A stretch of DNA of 64,000 nucleotides from Candidatus Bathyarchaeota archaeon. Its GTDB lineage: Archaea > Thermoproteota > Bathyarchaeia > RBG-16-48-13 > JAGTRE01. Position numbers and translations under genes: made by a program. How positions within the stretch are numbered: the stretch's first letter is position 1; every line of letters begins with the position of its first letter. Location: the NCBI GenBank assembly GCA_018396415.1, contig JAGTRE010000002.1, positions 96,824 through 160,823 of the forward strand, given 5' to 3'. Below the pieces are notes generated by a model. The model did not search any database, was not told where the DNA came from, and worked only from the letters and a program-made list of their open reading frames with translations. Of the stretch, positions 9,620-19,664 are shown piece by piece.

Positions 9620-10855
9620 ATGAGTGAACGAACCCCTTGGAAAACTGAAAAATGGTGGGTTAGTCACTTCAATTATCTCGATGAAATTCGGAGAGAGTTT
9701 ACCCCTCCTGAGAAAGTGATTGTTCACGACATTACACTTAGAGATGGGGAACAGCAGCCTGCGCTTGTTTTTCGCAAGGAAGAGAAACTTAGAATCGCAC
9801 GGAAACTTGACGAAACCGGGATCCATCGAATTGAGGCGGGAATGCCTACGGTATCGGCTGAGGATAAGGAGGCTGTCAAAGCGATAGCTCATGATGGATT
9901 AAGTGCGAAAGTCTTCAGTTTTGCACGATGTATGAAAAAAGATGTCGATGAAGCATTGGCCTGCGATGTCGATGGTGTAGTTATGGAAGTTCCTGCTAGT
10001 GAGCATATTATTCCCAACGCTTATGGTTGGCCTATAGAAAAGGCGATTGAATTGTCAGTTGAGTCAACGACGTATGCTGGAGAACATGGGTTGTATGTCA
10101 CCTTCTTTACGATCGATCAAACGAGGGCAGATCTTGCATGGTGTCTCAAACTTTTGGAGAGGGTTGCTACTGAGGGACACATGGATTCTCTTGCCGTAGT
10201 AGACACATTCGGCGTTTGCGGTCCTCAAGCAATAGCATACTTAGTTAAGAAAATTAAGGAAAGCATAAAAAAACCTGTAGAGATACACTGCCACAACGAT
10301 TTTGGATTGGGGACAGCGAACACTATTAGCGCTGTGTTGGCTGGCGCCGAAGTTATTCATACAACAGTAAATGCAATTGGTGAGCGAAGTGGCAATGCAG
10401 CGATAGAGGAAGTTGCATTGGCATTGCTTACTATGTATGGGATTGATCTCGGCATCAAGTACGATAAACTTTTGGAGTTATCCGAATTAGTTCAGCAGCT
10501 GTCTGGAGTCGCTATGCCTCCAAATAAACCTGTTGTCGGGGCAAATGCGTTTAAAATCGAGTCAGGTATTATTGCAGCTTGGTGGGCGAGAGTCAGTGAT
10601 CTGGGAATACCACTTGAAATACTTCCTTTCAGATGGGATCTCATTGGTCAAAGAAAGCCGCAATTGCTCCTAGGGAAAAAGAGTGGAAAAGACTCTGTGA
10701 CATTTAAGGCTAGGGAATTAGGATTATCTATCCCAGATGAATTAGTTGATAAGATTCTGCTCGAAATAAAAACTGCAGCCATAGCGAAGAAGGCGCCGCT
10801 GGCGGATGAAGAGTTTAGGACAATAGTAGACCGAATTAAAACAACTAAAGAATAA
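9620..10855 (+). CDS. 2-isopropylmalate / homocitrate / citramalate synthase family enzyme (DRE-TIM metallolyase), no regulatory domain
   Basis: DITLRDGEQ motif, HCHNDFGLGTAN metal-binding block; 411 aa. Confidence 0.7.
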   Translation: MSERTPWKTEKWWVSHFNYLDEIRREFTPPEKVIVHDITLRDGEQQPALVFRKEEKLRIARKLDETGIHRIEAGMPTVSAEDKEAVKAIAHDGLSAKVFSFARCMKKDVDEALACDVDGVVMEVPASEHIIPNAYGWPIEKAIELSVESTTYAGEHGLYVTFFTIDQTRADLAWCLKLLERVATEGHMDSLAVVDTFGVCGPQAIAYLVKKIKESIKKPVEIHCHNDFGLGTANTISAVLAGAEVIHTTVNAIGERSGNAAIEEVALALLTMYGIDLGIKYDKLLELSELVQQLSGVAMPPNKPVVGANAFKIESGIIAAWWARVSDLGIPLEILPFRWDLIGQRKPQLLLGKKSGKDSVTFKARELGLSIPDELVDKILLEIKTAAIAKKAPLADEEFRTIVDRIKTTKE

Positions 10856-10874
10856 TGCTGTCTAAAAATTCTAT

Positions 10875-11222
10875 TTATTGAAGGGAAATTTCTATAAATA
10901 CTTCATCTGGCACTTTAATCCGCATGATTCGGCGCATAACTCTCTCCTCTGCTGAAATATCGATAAGTCGCTTGTGAATGCGGAGTTGATATTTGTCCCA
11001 TGTGTGAGTCCCTTCTCCACAGGGAGACTTGCGAACCGGAACCATTAAGCGTTTAGTAGGCAACGGAATTGGACCGGCCATTTTAACGCCAGTCCGCTCA
11101 GCGATACTCTTAAGCTCATTACATATTTCATCGAGTTTTTTTGGATCCGTACTGGTGAGGCGAATTCGGGCTTTGTTAACCATTGGTATTTTCCACGCTT
11201 TGAAGTATGTGTAGGGTTGCAT
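10875..11222 (-). CDS. rps10: 30S ribosomal protein S10 (uS10)
   Basis: [40 protein letters not shown] is the canonical uS10 core; true start probably the internal Met at about 11183. Confidence 0.85.
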   Translation of the reverse strand: MQPYTYFKAWKIPMVNKARIRLTSTDPKKLDEICNELKSIAERTGVKMAGPIPLPTKRLMVPVRKSPCGEGTHTWDKYQLRIHKRLIDISAEERVMRRIMRIKVPDEVFIEISLQ

Positions 11223-11377
11223 ATGGATTATTTATGGGTTTTGGCAAGGCTTATGCTATAATTTCGCCTAAAATATTTAGGAATTTATCTCTAGGTAGGT
11301 TGAAGTTACGAAAAAATAGATGCGAGGCTTAGGGCTAGAAGTTTATAAGAAGCCAGCAAAAAAGTAAAAGGAAGCAC

Positions 11378-12709
11378 TTAAGCCTTTTGAGTGATTTCCT
11401 TGACTACCCCTGCAGCGATTGTTGTTCCCATGTCGCGAATTGCAAACCTGCCCATCGGTGGTATTTCAGAGTAACATTCGATTGCAACTGGTCGTAATGG
11501 TTGAAAACGAACCAAGGCTCCATCCCCAGTCTTAAGAAATGCCGGCTTCTCCTCGAGTACTTGCCCAGTTCTTGCGTCGAGTTTCTTGATTAATTCAGCA
11601 AACTTACAGGCAACCGTGGCAGTATGAGCATGAAGGACCGGTGTGTAACCAGCTGCGATGGCAGTTGGATGATAAATGACAATGATTTGTCCAATAAATT
11701 CTTTAGCAACCGTTGGAGGCTTATCGACTGGACCGCCAACATCTCCCCGATGAATGTCGGTCTTAGATATCCCTTTAACGCTGAATCCGATGTTGTCTCC
11801 TGGGACAGCTTGTGGGATCCGAACGTGATGAGTTTCGATCGACCGCACTTCCCCTTTGACATTGGCAGGCATGAAAACTATGGTATCCCCCTCTCTGAGA
11901 ATGCCAGTTTCGACTCGCCCCACTGGAACCGTTCCTACCCCTGTAATTGTGTAGACATCCTGAATTGGAAGTCTTAACGGTTTGTCGATTGGTTTGGGTG
12001 GAACGGTTAACACGTCGAATGATTCTATTAGCGTCGCCCCTTTGTACCACGGCATGTTTGTGCTTGGCTTCACCAAGTTGTCTCCAGTCCAACCAGAAAT
12101 CGGAACAAATGGGATTTTAGAAACATTATAACCGACAGTCTTGAGGAGGGATTCGACACCACTTTTAACTTCTTCAAATCTGTCTTTGCTCCACTTTACT
12201 GTGGGGTCATCCATTTTGGTTATACCGACAACTAGTTGGTCGACGCCTAGGGTTTTCGCGAGAAAAACGTGCTCCCGCGTCTGTCCGCCCGGTCCAATCC
12301 CTGCCTCATAGTCGCCTTTCTTCGCTGAAACTATTAAAAGAGCAGCATCAGCTTGGCTAGTTCCAGTAATCATGTTCTTAACGAAGTCCCGGTGGCCAGG
12401 TGCATCAATGATGGTAAAGAAGTACTTCTCAGTTTCGAATTTCCAAAAAGATAGATCAATTGTCATTCCGCGTTCTCGTTCTTCCTTTAACTTATCTAGA
12501 ACCCAAGCGAATTTGACTTCATCTAGCCTCATGCCGTACTTTTGGGCTTCAGTTGCATGCTCTTGAATGGCGCGTTCATCGATGTAGCCTGACAACAACA
12601 GCAGATGTCCTACACAGGTTGATTTACCGTGATCGACATGTCCGATTACCACTAGGTTTAGGTGGGGTTTCTCCGAAACACCGCCCTTTGCAGGCCCAAA
12701 TGATGACAA
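11378..12709 (-). CDS. tuf: Translation elongation factor 1-alpha (aEF-1a/EF-Tu)
   Basis: GHVDHGKST G1 motif, DAPGHRDF, NKMD; 443 aa. Confidence 0.95.
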   Translation of the reverse strand: MSSFGPAKGGVSEKPHLNLVVIGHVDHGKSTCVGHLLLLSGYIDERAIQEHATEAQKYGMRLDEVKFAWVLDKLKEERERGMTIDLSFWKFETEKYFFTIIDAPGHRDFVKNMITGTSQADAALLIVSAKKGDYEAGIGPGGQTREHVFLAKTLGVDQLVVGITKMDDPTVKWSKDRFEEVKSGVESLLKTVGYNVSKIPFVPISGWTGDNLVKPSTNMPWYKGATLIESFDVLTVPPKPIDKPLRLPIQDVYTITGVGTVPVGRVETGILREGDTIVFMPANVKGEVRSIETHHVRIPQAVPGDNIGFSVKGISKTDIHRGDVGGPVDKPPTVAKEFIGQIIVIYHPTAIAAGYTPVLHAHTATVACKFAELIKKLDARTGQVLEEKPAFLKTGDGALVRFQPLRPVAIECYSEIPPMGRFAIRDMGTTIAAGVVKEITQKA

Positions 12710-12945
12710 TTTCGTTTTTAACCTCCTTTTTGACTACATCAAATTGTGGTGGAAAGACCGTAGGGTTTATCGAATCACTCGGTTATTTTAAGCTTTTTCT
12801 TATTTACTAGGACTTTATAAGTAAGACTGGAATTGATTGGTTTGAAAGTAAACGATGCTGTTTGCACGCATTGCTAAGTCTTTAATGTATATACTTGAAG
12901 GCGAGCTTTATAGAGGATAATCATCTTAGTGCAGGTCGTTCTTCC

Positions 12946-14091
12946 TCAACCTTTTGCAGCCTGATTTATCACCTGATTCAAATCGTATATTTTTATCGGC
13001 AACCTTCGCCGCTTCGCTGCAAGTGTCAAAATCCTATAGCAGAACGGGCAGGTTGATGTGATTACATTCGCTCCGGCGTCGACCGCTTCTTTTAGTCGAT
13101 CTTCACCTATAACTAAGGAAGGAATAGGGAATGCTATCCCAGCCACACCCGCGCCTCCACCGCAACACTCCGCAGTCTTCCGATTACGACCCATCTCCAC
13201 AAATTTTAATCCTGGAATGTTTTCAAGAACTTTTCTTGGTTCTTCATAAACATTCTCTTGCCGACCTAAGTGGCATGGATCATGGTATGTTACTGTAGCT
13301 TCGAATCGCCCTGGAAATTTGAGTTTTCCCTGATCAATGAGTTCAGCGAAAACTTGGGCAGTATGTAGCACCCGAAGTCCTTCCTTTCTCAGATGTTGGT
13401 TAAAGACATGATAGCAGGCCGCACAGCTAACAATCAGTTCTTGAGTCCCAGCTTTGGTAAAGCTTTCAGCCGCTTTTTCAACAAAGTTATCATATACATC
13501 TTTATATCCTGACCATAATGCGAAACCTGAGCAGCAATATTCTTTTTCACCCAGCACATTGAATTTTATACCTGCCCTTTGAAGCGCTTCGGCTGACGCT
13601 TGGGCAATTGGTTGCTCGATATACGCGGCTGTGCAACCGGGATAGTAAACAGTTGAGCTATTTGGATAAATGGTTACAGTCTGTGGAATCCATTTAGACC
13701 GTTCTACCAGGGGCTTTCCATAGGGGTTACCTGTTTTATTGAGGTTTTGAATGGCTGTGGTGAGGCTTTCAGGAATTGCCACTTTTCCTGAGGAAACTAT
13801 TCCAATTCTCGCGGCGTTTAATGCTTCAACAATATTGAGCCCGGCAGGGCAGACTACTTCGCAATGACTACAGAAGAAGCATTGAAAGATACGTTTCATC
13901 GCTGTCTCAGTTAGTTTCAGTTGATCTTTAAACAGGGATAAGGTGATTCTAAGTCGACCTCGCGCTGTCGCCGACTCCATCCTATAATAATCGTAAGTCG
14001 GGCAGCCCTGGAGACAATAGCCGCAACGTACGCAGTTCATGAACTCCTTCTCTATTCTCTCGATTGGTTTCTTAAGGGCAGCTTCCGCCAT
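12946..14091 (-). CDS. Fe-S oxidoreductase with 4Fe-4S ferredoxin and CCG domains (GlcF / heterodisulfide-reductase-like subunit)
   Basis: CVRCGYCLQGCP and CSHCEVVCP clusters plus C-terminal Cys-rich CCG repeats; directly downstream of the FAD oxidase. Confidence 0.7.
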   Translation of the reverse strand: MAEAALKKPIERIEKEFMNCVRCGYCLQGCPTYDYYRMESATARGRLRITLSLFKDQLKLTETAMKRIFQCFFCSHCEVVCPAGLNIVEALNAARIGIVSSGKVAIPESLTTAIQNLNKTGNPYGKPLVERSKWIPQTVTIYPNSSTVYYPGCTAAYIEQPIAQASAEALQRAGIKFNVLGEKEYCCSGFALWSGYKDVYDNFVEKAAESFTKAGTQELIVSCAACYHVFNQHLRKEGLRVLHTAQVFAELIDQGKLKFPGRFEATVTYHDPCHLGRQENVYEEPRKVLENIPGLKFVEMGRNRKTAECCGGGAGVAGIAFPIPSLVIGEDRLKEAVDAGANVITSTCPFCYRILTLAAKRRRLPIKIYDLNQVINQAAKG

Positions 14092-14093
14092 TT

Positions 14094-15467
14094 TTATAAC
14101 CCCATTTTTCCAGGATTGAGAATATTATTTGGATCGAGAGCTTGCTTTATCTTCCTGATAACGTCAACGCCCTCTTTGCCATATTCCCATTCAACATAAT
14201 CTGCTTTCGATAGGCCAATGCCGTGTTCGCCTGTAAGAGTCCCGCCAAGTTCGAGGGCAGCCCTAAAAATCTCAGGGATCGCCTCACGGGCTCGGGCGAA
14301 CTCTTCTTTATTCCGTTCATCAACCATTAAGACTGGATGCAAGTTTCCCTCTCCAGCATGACCGTAAGTAATAATCGTAATGTTATGTTTCTTGGCGATT
14401 TCATCGAGGCGACCTATGTATTCCGGAAGCTTAGAAACTGGCACCGATGGGTCTTCCGTGATGGCGGTCGGTTTTAATCTGCTGATTGTGCCAAACGCGG
14501 CCTTCCTCGCAGCCCAAAGTCGGTCAGCTTCTTCCTTAGTTTTAGACCTTTCAAGTTTAACCGCTTCTTTCTTTAGAATTTCCTCAACTATGGCTAGGTT
14601 TTGGTTAACCTCCTCTTCGGTGCCATCACATTCTACAAAAACCATTGCCGCCACATCGGGTAGTGGAAGCTTTGTGAAATCTCGTATCATTTTAACTATA
14701 TTTCCGTCGAGATACTCAACCGCAGAAACTGGGACTCCCCGTCTAATAACCTCGGAAATCGCCCTTCCAGCGGCTTTAATGTCTGCGTAGGAACCCATGG
14801 CCACAGAATAAAATTTTGGAGGAATATAGACCTTCAATGTGGCCTTTGTAATAATTCCTAAAGTCCCCTCAGAACCGATAAAAAGCCTTGTTAAAAGAAG
14901 CCCTACAGAAACACATTTGAGACATTTTGAACCGGTCTTTATAATTTCCCCCGTGGGTAAAACTACCTCGAGGCCAAGAGTATGATTACCGATTGTTCCA
15001 TACTTAGGAGAGTGCATGCCCGAGGCGTTTGTCGAGATCATTCCACCGATCGTTGCGGATGGACTGCTACCCGGGTCAACTGGGAAGTAATATCCTTTCT
15101 TTTGCAGGAATACGTTAAGCTCCCTTAAAGTTAATCCAGCCTCTACAGTAACTATGCGATTTGCCTCATCGAATTCAATAATTTTATTCATGAAGTCAAA
15201 AGCGAGCACTATTCCCCCTTTGATTGGTATTGGACCACCCGCAAGGTCTGTCCCAGCTCCCCGAGGAGTTACTGGAATTTTCTTTTCATTAGCTAGCTTC
15301 ATGACCTTAGAAACTTCTTCCGCTGACCGCGGAAAAACTACAGCCTCCGGCATATGCCAGCGCTCAGTTGCATCATAGGAATAACATACGAGATCAGCCT
15401 CATCTGTAAGAACGTTATCCGCTCCAACAATTTCACGCAATGCTGCTACAACGTTTGAAGATAACAA
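14094..15467 (-). CDS. FAD-linked oxidase (GlcD / D-lactate dehydrogenase family)
   Basis: PCMH-type FAD-binding N-terminus (PRGAGTDLAGG) and C-terminal HAGEGNLH / GEHGIG motifs; 457 aa. Confidence 0.8.
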   Translation of the reverse strand: MLSSNVVAALREIVGADNVLTDEADLVCYSYDATERWHMPEAVVFPRSAEEVSKVMKLANEKKIPVTPRGAGTDLAGGPIPIKGGIVLAFDFMNKIIEFDEANRIVTVEAGLTLRELNVFLQKKGYYFPVDPGSSPSATIGGMISTNASGMHSPKYGTIGNHTLGLEVVLPTGEIIKTGSKCLKCVSVGLLLTRLFIGSEGTLGIITKATLKVYIPPKFYSVAMGSYADIKAAGRAISEVIRRGVPVSAVEYLDGNIVKMIRDFTKLPLPDVAAMVFVECDGTEEEVNQNLAIVEEILKKEAVKLERSKTKEEADRLWAARKAAFGTISRLKPTAITEDPSVPVSKLPEYIGRLDEIAKKHNITIITYGHAGEGNLHPVLMVDERNKEEFARAREAIPEIFRAALELGGTLTGEHGIGLSKADYVEWEYGKEGVDVIRKIKQALDPNNILNPGKMGL

Positions 15468-15562
15468 AGTTTTTCTCCTCTTCGTGTATCCCTAAGGTCG
15501 ACCATAATTCCCTAACTTGTGGTCGGTAGAACAATGTGTAAAACAAAATAAGTTTTAAAAGC

Positions 15563-16168
15563 TTACCGTGAGGAAAGCGCAATTCGTTCCATTTCATCCC
15601 TTTTTGATACAGCGTAACTCCGACTATCCCGACTTGCGGCTAGAATAATTTCCTCAGCTAAGCATTCATCAAAAGTTTTAGGACTGCCAAAAGCCGCCTT
15701 CTTTGCTCCCTCTACAAGAAAACGTAAGGCTAAATCAATTCGCCTTTGCGGGGAAACATCAACAGCCACGTGATAAATTATTCCACCGTAACTAATTCGA
15801 GTGGTATCCTCACATGGTGCCGAGTTTTCAAGCGCTCGAATCAGTACTTCTATCGGGTTTTTCCCTGTTTTTAAACTAATGATCTCAAAAGCATTTTTAA
15901 CCGTCCTAATCGCTCTAGCTTTTTTACCTCCACTCCTGCCTGGTCGCATAAGGTGTGTAACTAACCGCTCAACTATATTGACTTCAGACTTTCTAAATTG
16001 AACGTGTTCATGGCGACCTCCACTATGAGGGATATACATTGGCTTCAAGGAGATATATCGCTGGAGACCAGGGTCTTGGACCTCAATTCCACTAAGGCTC
16101 CATTTTCCGAAGAGTTTAACCTCTTCCCTCTCCTTCTTCTCGCCTTTCCCACTCACAGACTGCTTCAC
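15563..16168 (-). CDS. rps7: 30S ribosomal protein S7 (uS7)
   Basis: KLFGKW..., 201 aa archaeal uS7 layout. Confidence 0.9.
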   Translation of the reverse strand: MKQSVSGKGEKKEREEVKLFGKWSLSGIEVQDPGLQRYISLKPMYIPHSGGRHEHVQFRKSEVNIVERLVTHLMRPGRSGGKKARAIRTVKNAFEIISLKTGKNPIEVLIRALENSAPCEDTTRISYGGIIYHVAVDVSPQRRIDLALRFLVEGAKKAAFGSPKTFDECLAEEIILAASRDSRSYAVSKRDEMERIALSSR

Positions 16169-16206
16169 CTGCTACCTCAAAGAGTTAGAGTGTTCGTGTC
16201 AAGTTA

Positions 16207-16220
16207 ATGATATAAATATT
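16207..16220 (-). promoter_or_regulatory. Candidate TATA box (AAATATTTATATCA on the minus strand) about 45 nt upstream of the rps7 start
   Basis: AT-rich TTTATAT element in the 59-nt gap between porG and rps7. Confidence 0.25.
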
Positions 16221-16227
16221 TGGGAAA

Positions 16228-16794
16228 TTATTCGAACTGAACCTCCTCATACGCCCGTTTAATGGCATTTACGTTTCGCTGTCCGGCTTCACCTGAAAAC
16301 CGCATTAAAGCAGCCGAGGTTAACGCCTTTAAGCCAACTTGACCTGAAACTCTGGCGAAAGCGCCAAGCATCGCGGTATTAGCAATTGCCACACCAAGCT
16401 CCTCCAAGGCGATTTTCGTAGCATTAAGAGAGGCTACCCTAACCCCTTTTCGGAATCTGCTTGACAATTCCCTTGGAGATAGATGACTATTTACAATGAC
16501 AACTCCGTCTTTCTTCAGCCCCTTTGAGACATCCATTAGGTCCATTACCGAGGCATGTATAACAACTGAGTAGTCAGGTTCATATATCTCGCTTCTGATT
16601 TGTATCGGTTCGTTGCTAATTCTTCCGAAGGCTCTTACTGGAGCTCCCCGCCGCTCTACTCCGAAGATCGGTATGGCTTGCCCATATTTGCCTTCACGAG
16701 AAACGGCTTCAGCTAAGACCTCTGCAGCGGTGACTACCCCCATGCCGCCCCTGCCGTAAAAGATGACTTCAATTAGGCTGGTTGTGCTTCCCAT
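16228..16794 (-). CDS. porG: 2-oxoacid:ferredoxin oxidoreductase gamma subunit
   Basis: 188 aa; GRGGMGVVTAAEVLAEA...FGVERRGAPV typical of POR gamma. Confidence 0.8.
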   Translation of the reverse strand: MGSTTSLIEVIFYGRGGMGVVTAAEVLAEAVSREGKYGQAIPIFGVERRGAPVRAFGRISNEPIQIRSEIYEPDYSVVIHASVMDLMDVSKGLKKDGVVIVNSHLSPRELSSRFRKGVRVASLNATKIALEELGVAIANTAMLGAFARVSGQVGLKALTSAALMRFSGEAGQRNVNAIKRAYEEVQFE

Positions 16795-17696
16795 AACTTA
16801 TCCACCTCCCTCTGAATCTCCTCGATATCTGCAGGTGTCAAGTGTCGGAAACGCCCCTGTAGCTTCAAGTATTCAGCTACTGGTTTCCGCTTAGGAACCT
16901 TCAAAGTGAGGCGGTATTGCCCATCTTCAATCTCGAATAGTCGCCACATACCAGTTAGCACTGCCAAACGGGCGATTTCTATCGTCTTGTCTGGTGGAAA
17001 ACGCCAGCCTACTGGACATGGGGAATGCACATGTATATAGGATGGCCCACCAAGCTCGGTGGCTCGTTTGATTTTGCCTATGAAGTCCCCTGGAAATGCT
17101 ATGGACGCTGTTGCTACGTAACGTGGATTATGTGCAGCCACAATTCGAGGCATATCCTTCTTGCTTTCGCGTTTGAAGTGTTTAAGACTGCCTACCGGAG
17201 TTGTCGTGGTCCACGCACCATATGGGGTTGTTCCACTGCGCTGTATACCTGTATTCATGTAAGCTTCATTGTCATAGCATATGTAAATTATATCATGCCT
17301 ACGCTCAAACGCCCCAGATAAGGCTTGGATACCTATGTCGGCCGTCCCGCCATCCCCGGCGAAGCCCACGACATTGACGCCTTTCTTACGCCCCTTTAAA
17401 TCTAGTGCTGCCTCTATACCTGCAATAAAGGCACCTGTAGCATCGAATGAGCATAGAATTGTGGGAACAGATAACCCAGCGAGAGGAAGAGGACCTCCAG
17501 CAACGACTGGCACGCAACCGGCTGGAATTGCTAGCACGGTGTTTTTCCCAAGCCCCTTCAAAGCTTGGCGAAGGGATATACACATTCCACAACCTGGGCA
17601 ACCGTTATGACCTTTCGAAACTAGCTCTACCCGCGAAATTTCTTTTAACGGAACAACTTTTGAAGGCATCATTCTCCCCCCACAAGATTCACCCAT
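16773..17696 (-). CDS. porB: 2-oxoacid:ferredoxin oxidoreductase beta subunit (TPP-binding)
   Basis: CPGCG near N-terminus, GDGG TPP motif; 307 aa; overlaps neighbours as in an operon. Confidence 0.85.
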   Translation of the reverse strand: MGESCGGRMMPSKVVPLKEISRVELVSKGHNGCPGCGMCISLRQALKGLGKNTVLAIPAGCVPVVAGGPLPLAGLSVPTILCSFDATGAFIAGIEAALDLKGRKKGVNVVGFAGDGGTADIGIQALSGAFERRHDIIYICYDNEAYMNTGIQRSGTTPYGAWTTTTPVGSLKHFKRESKKDMPRIVAAHNPRYVATASIAFPGDFIGKIKRATELGGPSYIHVHSPCPVGWRFPPDKTIEIARLAVLTGMWRLFEIEDGQYRLTLKVPKRKPVAEYLKLQGRFRHLTPADIEEIQREVDKLWEAQPA

Positions 17697-18856
17697 TCTA
17701 CTTCACGCTCAACCCTACCAGTTTCACTAACTTTCAACGCCTTATTCAAGATGTATTTGATGCTTTCAACGCCCACATCCTTCCCCCCTAGCCCAGCAAT
17801 GAAACCCAAGACTTTAGGACGATTAGGAATACTATATAGCGCGGATTGCGCCTCAATGCAGGATGCACCTCCTGAGCCGAATACACAGTTTCTGTCAATC
17901 ACCGCCAGCACCTTTAATTGTGAGCCGAGCTTCCGGATCTCTTCTATTGGAAATGGTCTAAAAGCCCTAAGCTTAATTAAACCAACTTTGTGACCAGCCT
18001 TCCTCATCTCGCGAACCGCAACGCGAGCGGTTCCAGCTATTGTACCCATAGCCATTATAGCTACCTCCGCGTCTTCCATGAAGTAAGAATCGACTAAACC
18101 GCCCCAATCGCGGTTAAATTTCTTTGCAAAATCACGATTCGCCTCTCTAATTACCTCCCTAGCGTTCCTCATAGCGACTTCCAACTGGTATTGGTACTCC
18201 ATGTACCAAGCTGGCGTGACAATCACGTTTTCAGTAAGTGGCCGATCAAAGTCGATTACAAAGTGTTCTGGACGGTATGGTGGTAGGTACTCGTCTACAG
18301 CATCTTGCGGCGGGACATCTACACGTTCTCTGGTATGGGTGAGAATGAAGCCGTCTAGGCAAACCATAGCAGGGAGTAAAACCCGCTTGTCCTCTGCAAC
18401 TTTATAAGCCTGAATAATGGTGTCGAGGACCTCTTGGTTATTTTCGCAGTAAAATTCTATCCAGCCTGTGTCCCGTTGCGCGATTGAATCCTGATGGTTC
18501 GCATAGAGGTTCCATGGAGGAGCAAGAGCCCTGTTGCCCACCGCCATTACAACAGGGGTTCGGGCTCCTACAGCCCAATGTAACATCTCATGCATAAGCG
18601 CTAATCCCTGTGAAGACGTCGCCGTGAATGTGCGAGCACCAGCAAGGGATGCACCTATGCAGGCAGACATAGCGGAGTGCTCAGATTCAACGTTTATCAG
18701 TTTAGCCTTTAGTTCACCATCAGCTATGTATTGGGCTAAATATTCAACGATGAACGTCGATGGCGTAATCGGGTAGGCTGCAATAACCTCTGCACGCGAC
18801 AGTTTAGCTCCTAAGGCAGCTGCTTCGTTGCCAGATCTTGTCAGCTGCTCCATCAT
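17669..18856 (-). CDS. porA: 2-oxoacid:ferredoxin oxidoreductase alpha subunit
   Basis: 395 aa; N-terminal GNEAAALGA...AYPITPST block of POR alpha. Confidence 0.85.
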   Translation of the reverse strand: MMEQLTRSGNEAAALGAKLSRAEVIAAYPITPSTFIVEYLAQYIADGELKAKLINVESEHSAMSACIGASLAGARTFTATSSQGLALMHEMLHWAVGARTPVVMAVGNRALAPPWNLYANHQDSIAQRDTGWIEFYCENNQEVLDTIIQAYKVAEDKRVLLPAMVCLDGFILTHTRERVDVPPQDAVDEYLPPYRPEHFVIDFDRPLTENVIVTPAWYMEYQYQLEVAMRNAREVIREANRDFAKKFNRDWGGLVDSYFMEDAEVAIMAMGTIAGTARVAVREMRKAGHKVGLIKLRAFRPFPIEEIRKLGSQLKVLAVIDRNCVFGSGGASCIEAQSALYSIPNRPKVLGFIAGLGGKDVGVESIKYILNKALKVSETGRVEREVEWVNLVGGE

Positions 18857-19140
18857 TGGCTTTCAACCTCCTCAACCATCTTAATTGCACCGACCGGACA
18901 CTCGTTAGCGCAAATACCACAACCTTTACAATAGTCGTAATCGATCCCGATGTTTTCCTCATCGAAGGCAATAGCCACGTCTGGGCAGTATATCCAACAT
19001 AGTAGACATTTTGTGCATTTACTCCTATCCAAAACCGGTTTAGAAACCCGCCAGGTGCCTGTTTTATTGAGGTAACAAGTTCCACCAGGCACTACAGCAC
19101 CGATCGGCAGATCTTTCCAACTTTTATACTGCTGAGCCAT
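18853..19140 (-). CDS. porD: 2-oxoacid:ferredoxin oxidoreductase delta subunit (2x[4Fe-4S] ferredoxin)
   Basis: 95 aa with two CxxCxxCxxxCP motifs. Confidence 0.8.
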   Translation of the reverse strand: MAQQYKSWKDLPIGAVVPGGTCYLNKTGTWRVSKPVLDRSKCTKCLLCWIYCPDVAIAFDEENIGIDYDYCKGCGICANECPVGAIKMVEEVESQ

Positions 19141-19241
19141 GATTTCCCCCTCTATATAGGCGCGATTACTATGACAGATATACGATATAAATTTGATATT
19201 TTAATTAATGAAAATAAGAGCTGTAAATAGCCTGGTTGCCG

Positions 19242-19664
19242 CTAGTTCTGCCCTAGCGGTTTGAACTTATAATATACGAATTCATTAGGAGTTTGCTCGA
19301 ACACTGCTTCCACACGCATCCCAATTTTCACGTCTTCAGGCTTAACGCCTATTAACTGAGAAAGCAATTTTGATCCTTCGTCAAGTTTGACTACAACGAG
19401 TATATACGGTGCCAAGTGTGAAAAGCTTTCAGGGGCGACATATATCACTGTAAACGTCTCAACAATTCCTTTCCCACTTAGCTGAACGCGTTCCATATCA
19501 CTTATGTAACACTTCGGGCAGTCCGCCCTCGGAGGGCAGTGTATAACCTTACATTTATTGCAACGAGTGCCCACCAGTTTCTTGTTCTTTAGCTCTTCAA
19601 AAAACCAGGCTACCTTAGTCTGAAATGGCGCTACCACACTCATAAGGTCATCTCCTATAAACAT
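19242..19664 (-). CDS. DUF35 OB-fold / zinc-ribbon protein (thiolase partner subunit)
   Basis: CNKCKVIHCPPRADCPKC rubredoxin-like ribbon followed by OB-fold region; overlaps the thiolase stop, the usual archaeal thiolase-DUF35 arrangement. Confidence 0.75.
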   Translation of the reverse strand: MFIGDDLMSVVAPFQTKVAWFFEELKNKKLVGTRCNKCKVIHCPPRADCPKCYISDMERVQLSGKGIVETFTVIYVAPESFSHLAPYILVVVKLDEGSKLLSQLIGVKPEDVKIGMRVEAVFEQTPNEFVYYKFKPLGQN